DNA of 64,000 nucleotides from Akkermansia sp. (GTDB lineage Bacteria; Verrucomicrobiota; Verrucomicrobiia; Limisphaerales; SIBH01): NCBI GenBank assembly GCA_043757045.1, contig JAYVQC010000135.1, positions 11 to 64,010 of the forward strand, read 5' to 3'. Shown piece by piece: positions 63,801 to 64,000 of this stretch (position 1 is its first letter; each line of letters starts with the position of its first letter). The notes under the pieces were generated by a model. It saw only the letters and a program-made list of their open reading frames with translations, ran no database searches and was not told where the DNA came from. The position numbers and the translations under genes were made by a program.

Positions 63801-64000
63801 GCACTGCCACCGTTGTTGACAATTTGTCCATTCAATGTTGCCGAGTTCGCACCGACGGAAGTTGCTGGTTGAGTGCTGACCGTCGGAATACTCCCTGTCA
63901 GCCCAATGGACGCTTCGTTGGAATAGAAGGGAGACGGCCCGTTCGCGTTGTAAGCATAGACCCGATAGTAATACGTGTTTCCGGCCGCCACGCCCGTGTC
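60800..64000 (-). CDS. Giant secreted FN3 / CARDB-repeat protein with C-terminal alpha/beta-hydrolase (lipase/esterase-like) domain; N-terminus beyond window
   Basis: The frame is open to the window edge. FN3 motif 'AGNTYYYR.YAYNA.GPSP' occurs twice. There are four or five CARDB-like repeats ('P.F..T.IT.NP..P..GQ.FTA.VTV.NQG'). The hydrolase region has 'VLVLLHGMNSDPGTW' and the nucleophile elbow 'LLGHSRGG'. Confidence 0.85.
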   Translation of the reverse strand, partial: DTGVAAGNTYYYRVYAYNANGPSPFYSNEASIGLTGSIPTVSTQPATSVGANSATLNGQIVNNGGSAILERRIEWARSTGSWGTGTAGVDYGFFSDASTAFNVSGNNFSLSLTGFLPNSSYKYRVWARNSVGWSDVNVVNVETFQTSDGVPATPTSLTASGGTSSIVLAWQDNANNEQGFQIERKTGAGGTWGLYTTVGANVTGYTDTGVVAGNTYYYRIYAYNAAGPSPNYSNEASASLQNLPNLTPYLPPNWSDKIVVSRAPGNNTDSTSLTAADTLYVDWAVVNFGTAGASAFSVSLAVDGVVRQSWSVPSLSANYYVPVFDYNLGSLSSGQHTITITADSTGAIGESSEVDNSYTKTINIGGSAMPDFHITSITLNPASPQPGQTFTANVTVRNQGTGSGDGKWLDVWANQPSVQTCGTDGNTWAAVGTFTYLQSKTFTLNLTAPGSAGTYTIRAFVDSYCQTAETSDANNQATFAYTVGSVAQPLPNFVVTAITFNPAQPVGGQPFTASVTVKNQGDVSGDGKYLDVWLNQPSPQSCGAPGGQSQSVGTLLLNQTKTLTYNLTAPSSGSPWTFRAFVDSTCQTLEKDDGDNQLTASYGINPVAQPDFTITSITINPSSLKPGAKFSAYVTVKNLGVSGNAGWLDVWANKPPAAVCAEAGIPIAVGTLAPNEIKIITVANLVAGPSGNNTFRAFIDSRCASTESDEGNNQKTFAYKTSQRVLVLLHGMNSDPGTWQEYLENRFNGSAPSAPIICGGLWEGDSGSPTPDSHGVVCYRVRFGFYDATLGRPGIAAENIVATGVVKTDKGDFSDFATLGREVKEAVNYVLSVYPGAQITLLGHSRGGLAARAFLQESAASPEKSSVVALLTTGTPHKGSPLGKIYSYLSSHPRSTASGKYWNDDWQVAKQILSESELDVRRPTIDDLANTPAPSEIGSLNASIGNLPSNISYRAITYTGLNLGYLKRHTIVFGIAYSIFPSDGTVGEQVSSQAEDYMLGSGSDSVDYPGDGTVPVTSQRYDDISGFPAIKLAPLTYTGGIYHREESSQEAHITDALRAPLINWWE

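Noticed and set aside
1..64000. tRNA, rRNA, tmRNA or riboswitch genes
   Set aside because: A scan by eye of the intergenic regions found only palindromic repeats. No cloverleaf-like T-arm motifs (GGTTCGAATCC-type) or rRNA-like segments were seen. A tRNAscan/Rfam run would be needed for certainty.

Overview
64-kb window of a high-G+C bacterial chromosome (about 65 % by eye, not computed). The gene repertoire points to the PVC superphylum, most likely Verrucomicrobiota: PEP-CTERM proteins, DUF1552 and DUF1592/PSCyt proteins, a PVC-type heme-binding CxxCH protein, an ECF sigma factor, a Ser/Thr kinase and a choice-of-anchor-Q beta-helix protein. I call about 46 protein-coding genes or pseudogenes. 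I recognised no rRNA, tRNA, transposase, integrase or cas genes. All domain calls are motif recognition by eye on the supplied translations; no database search was run. The ORF track prints M for TTG/GTG starts, so I moved several starts to in-frame ATG/GTG codons that give sensible signal peptides. Many long ORFs in the track are antisense or alternate-frame shadows typical of high-GC DNA.

Main observations:
1. A tightly coupled methyltransferase / membrane histidine kinase / receiver-plus-pseudokinase operon (33817-37859) copies the architecture of the Ralstonia phcB-phcS-phcR quorum-sensing module. This is my best candidate for an undescribed signalling system in this lineage.
2. A ~4.6-kb cassette holds a PL7 lyase, a beta-helix protein and a PEP-CTERM fragment. 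It is bracketed by an 88-bp direct duplication of the 3' end of the phosphoesterase gene. At its left edge sits a CRISPR-like pair of 36-nt repeats with a 30-nt spacer.
3. Two PEP-CTERM-related reading frames are each interrupted by a single in-frame TAA.
4. The window is saturated with at least eight families of nested palindromic REP/MITE-like elements. Three of them sit in frame inside intact CDSs, and others supply the C-terminal codons and stop codon of genes.
5. There are two lower-GC segments. One is a small two-gene islet with a duplicated GNAT 5' end (about 8790-9500). The other is an island of at least 10 kb (about 54.1-64 kb) encoding giant secreted Ig/NHL/CARDB/FN3 hydrolases, with a conserved ~90-nt non-coding element after two of its genes.
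6. A 50-aa DUF5989-like microprotein is missed by the ORF track.
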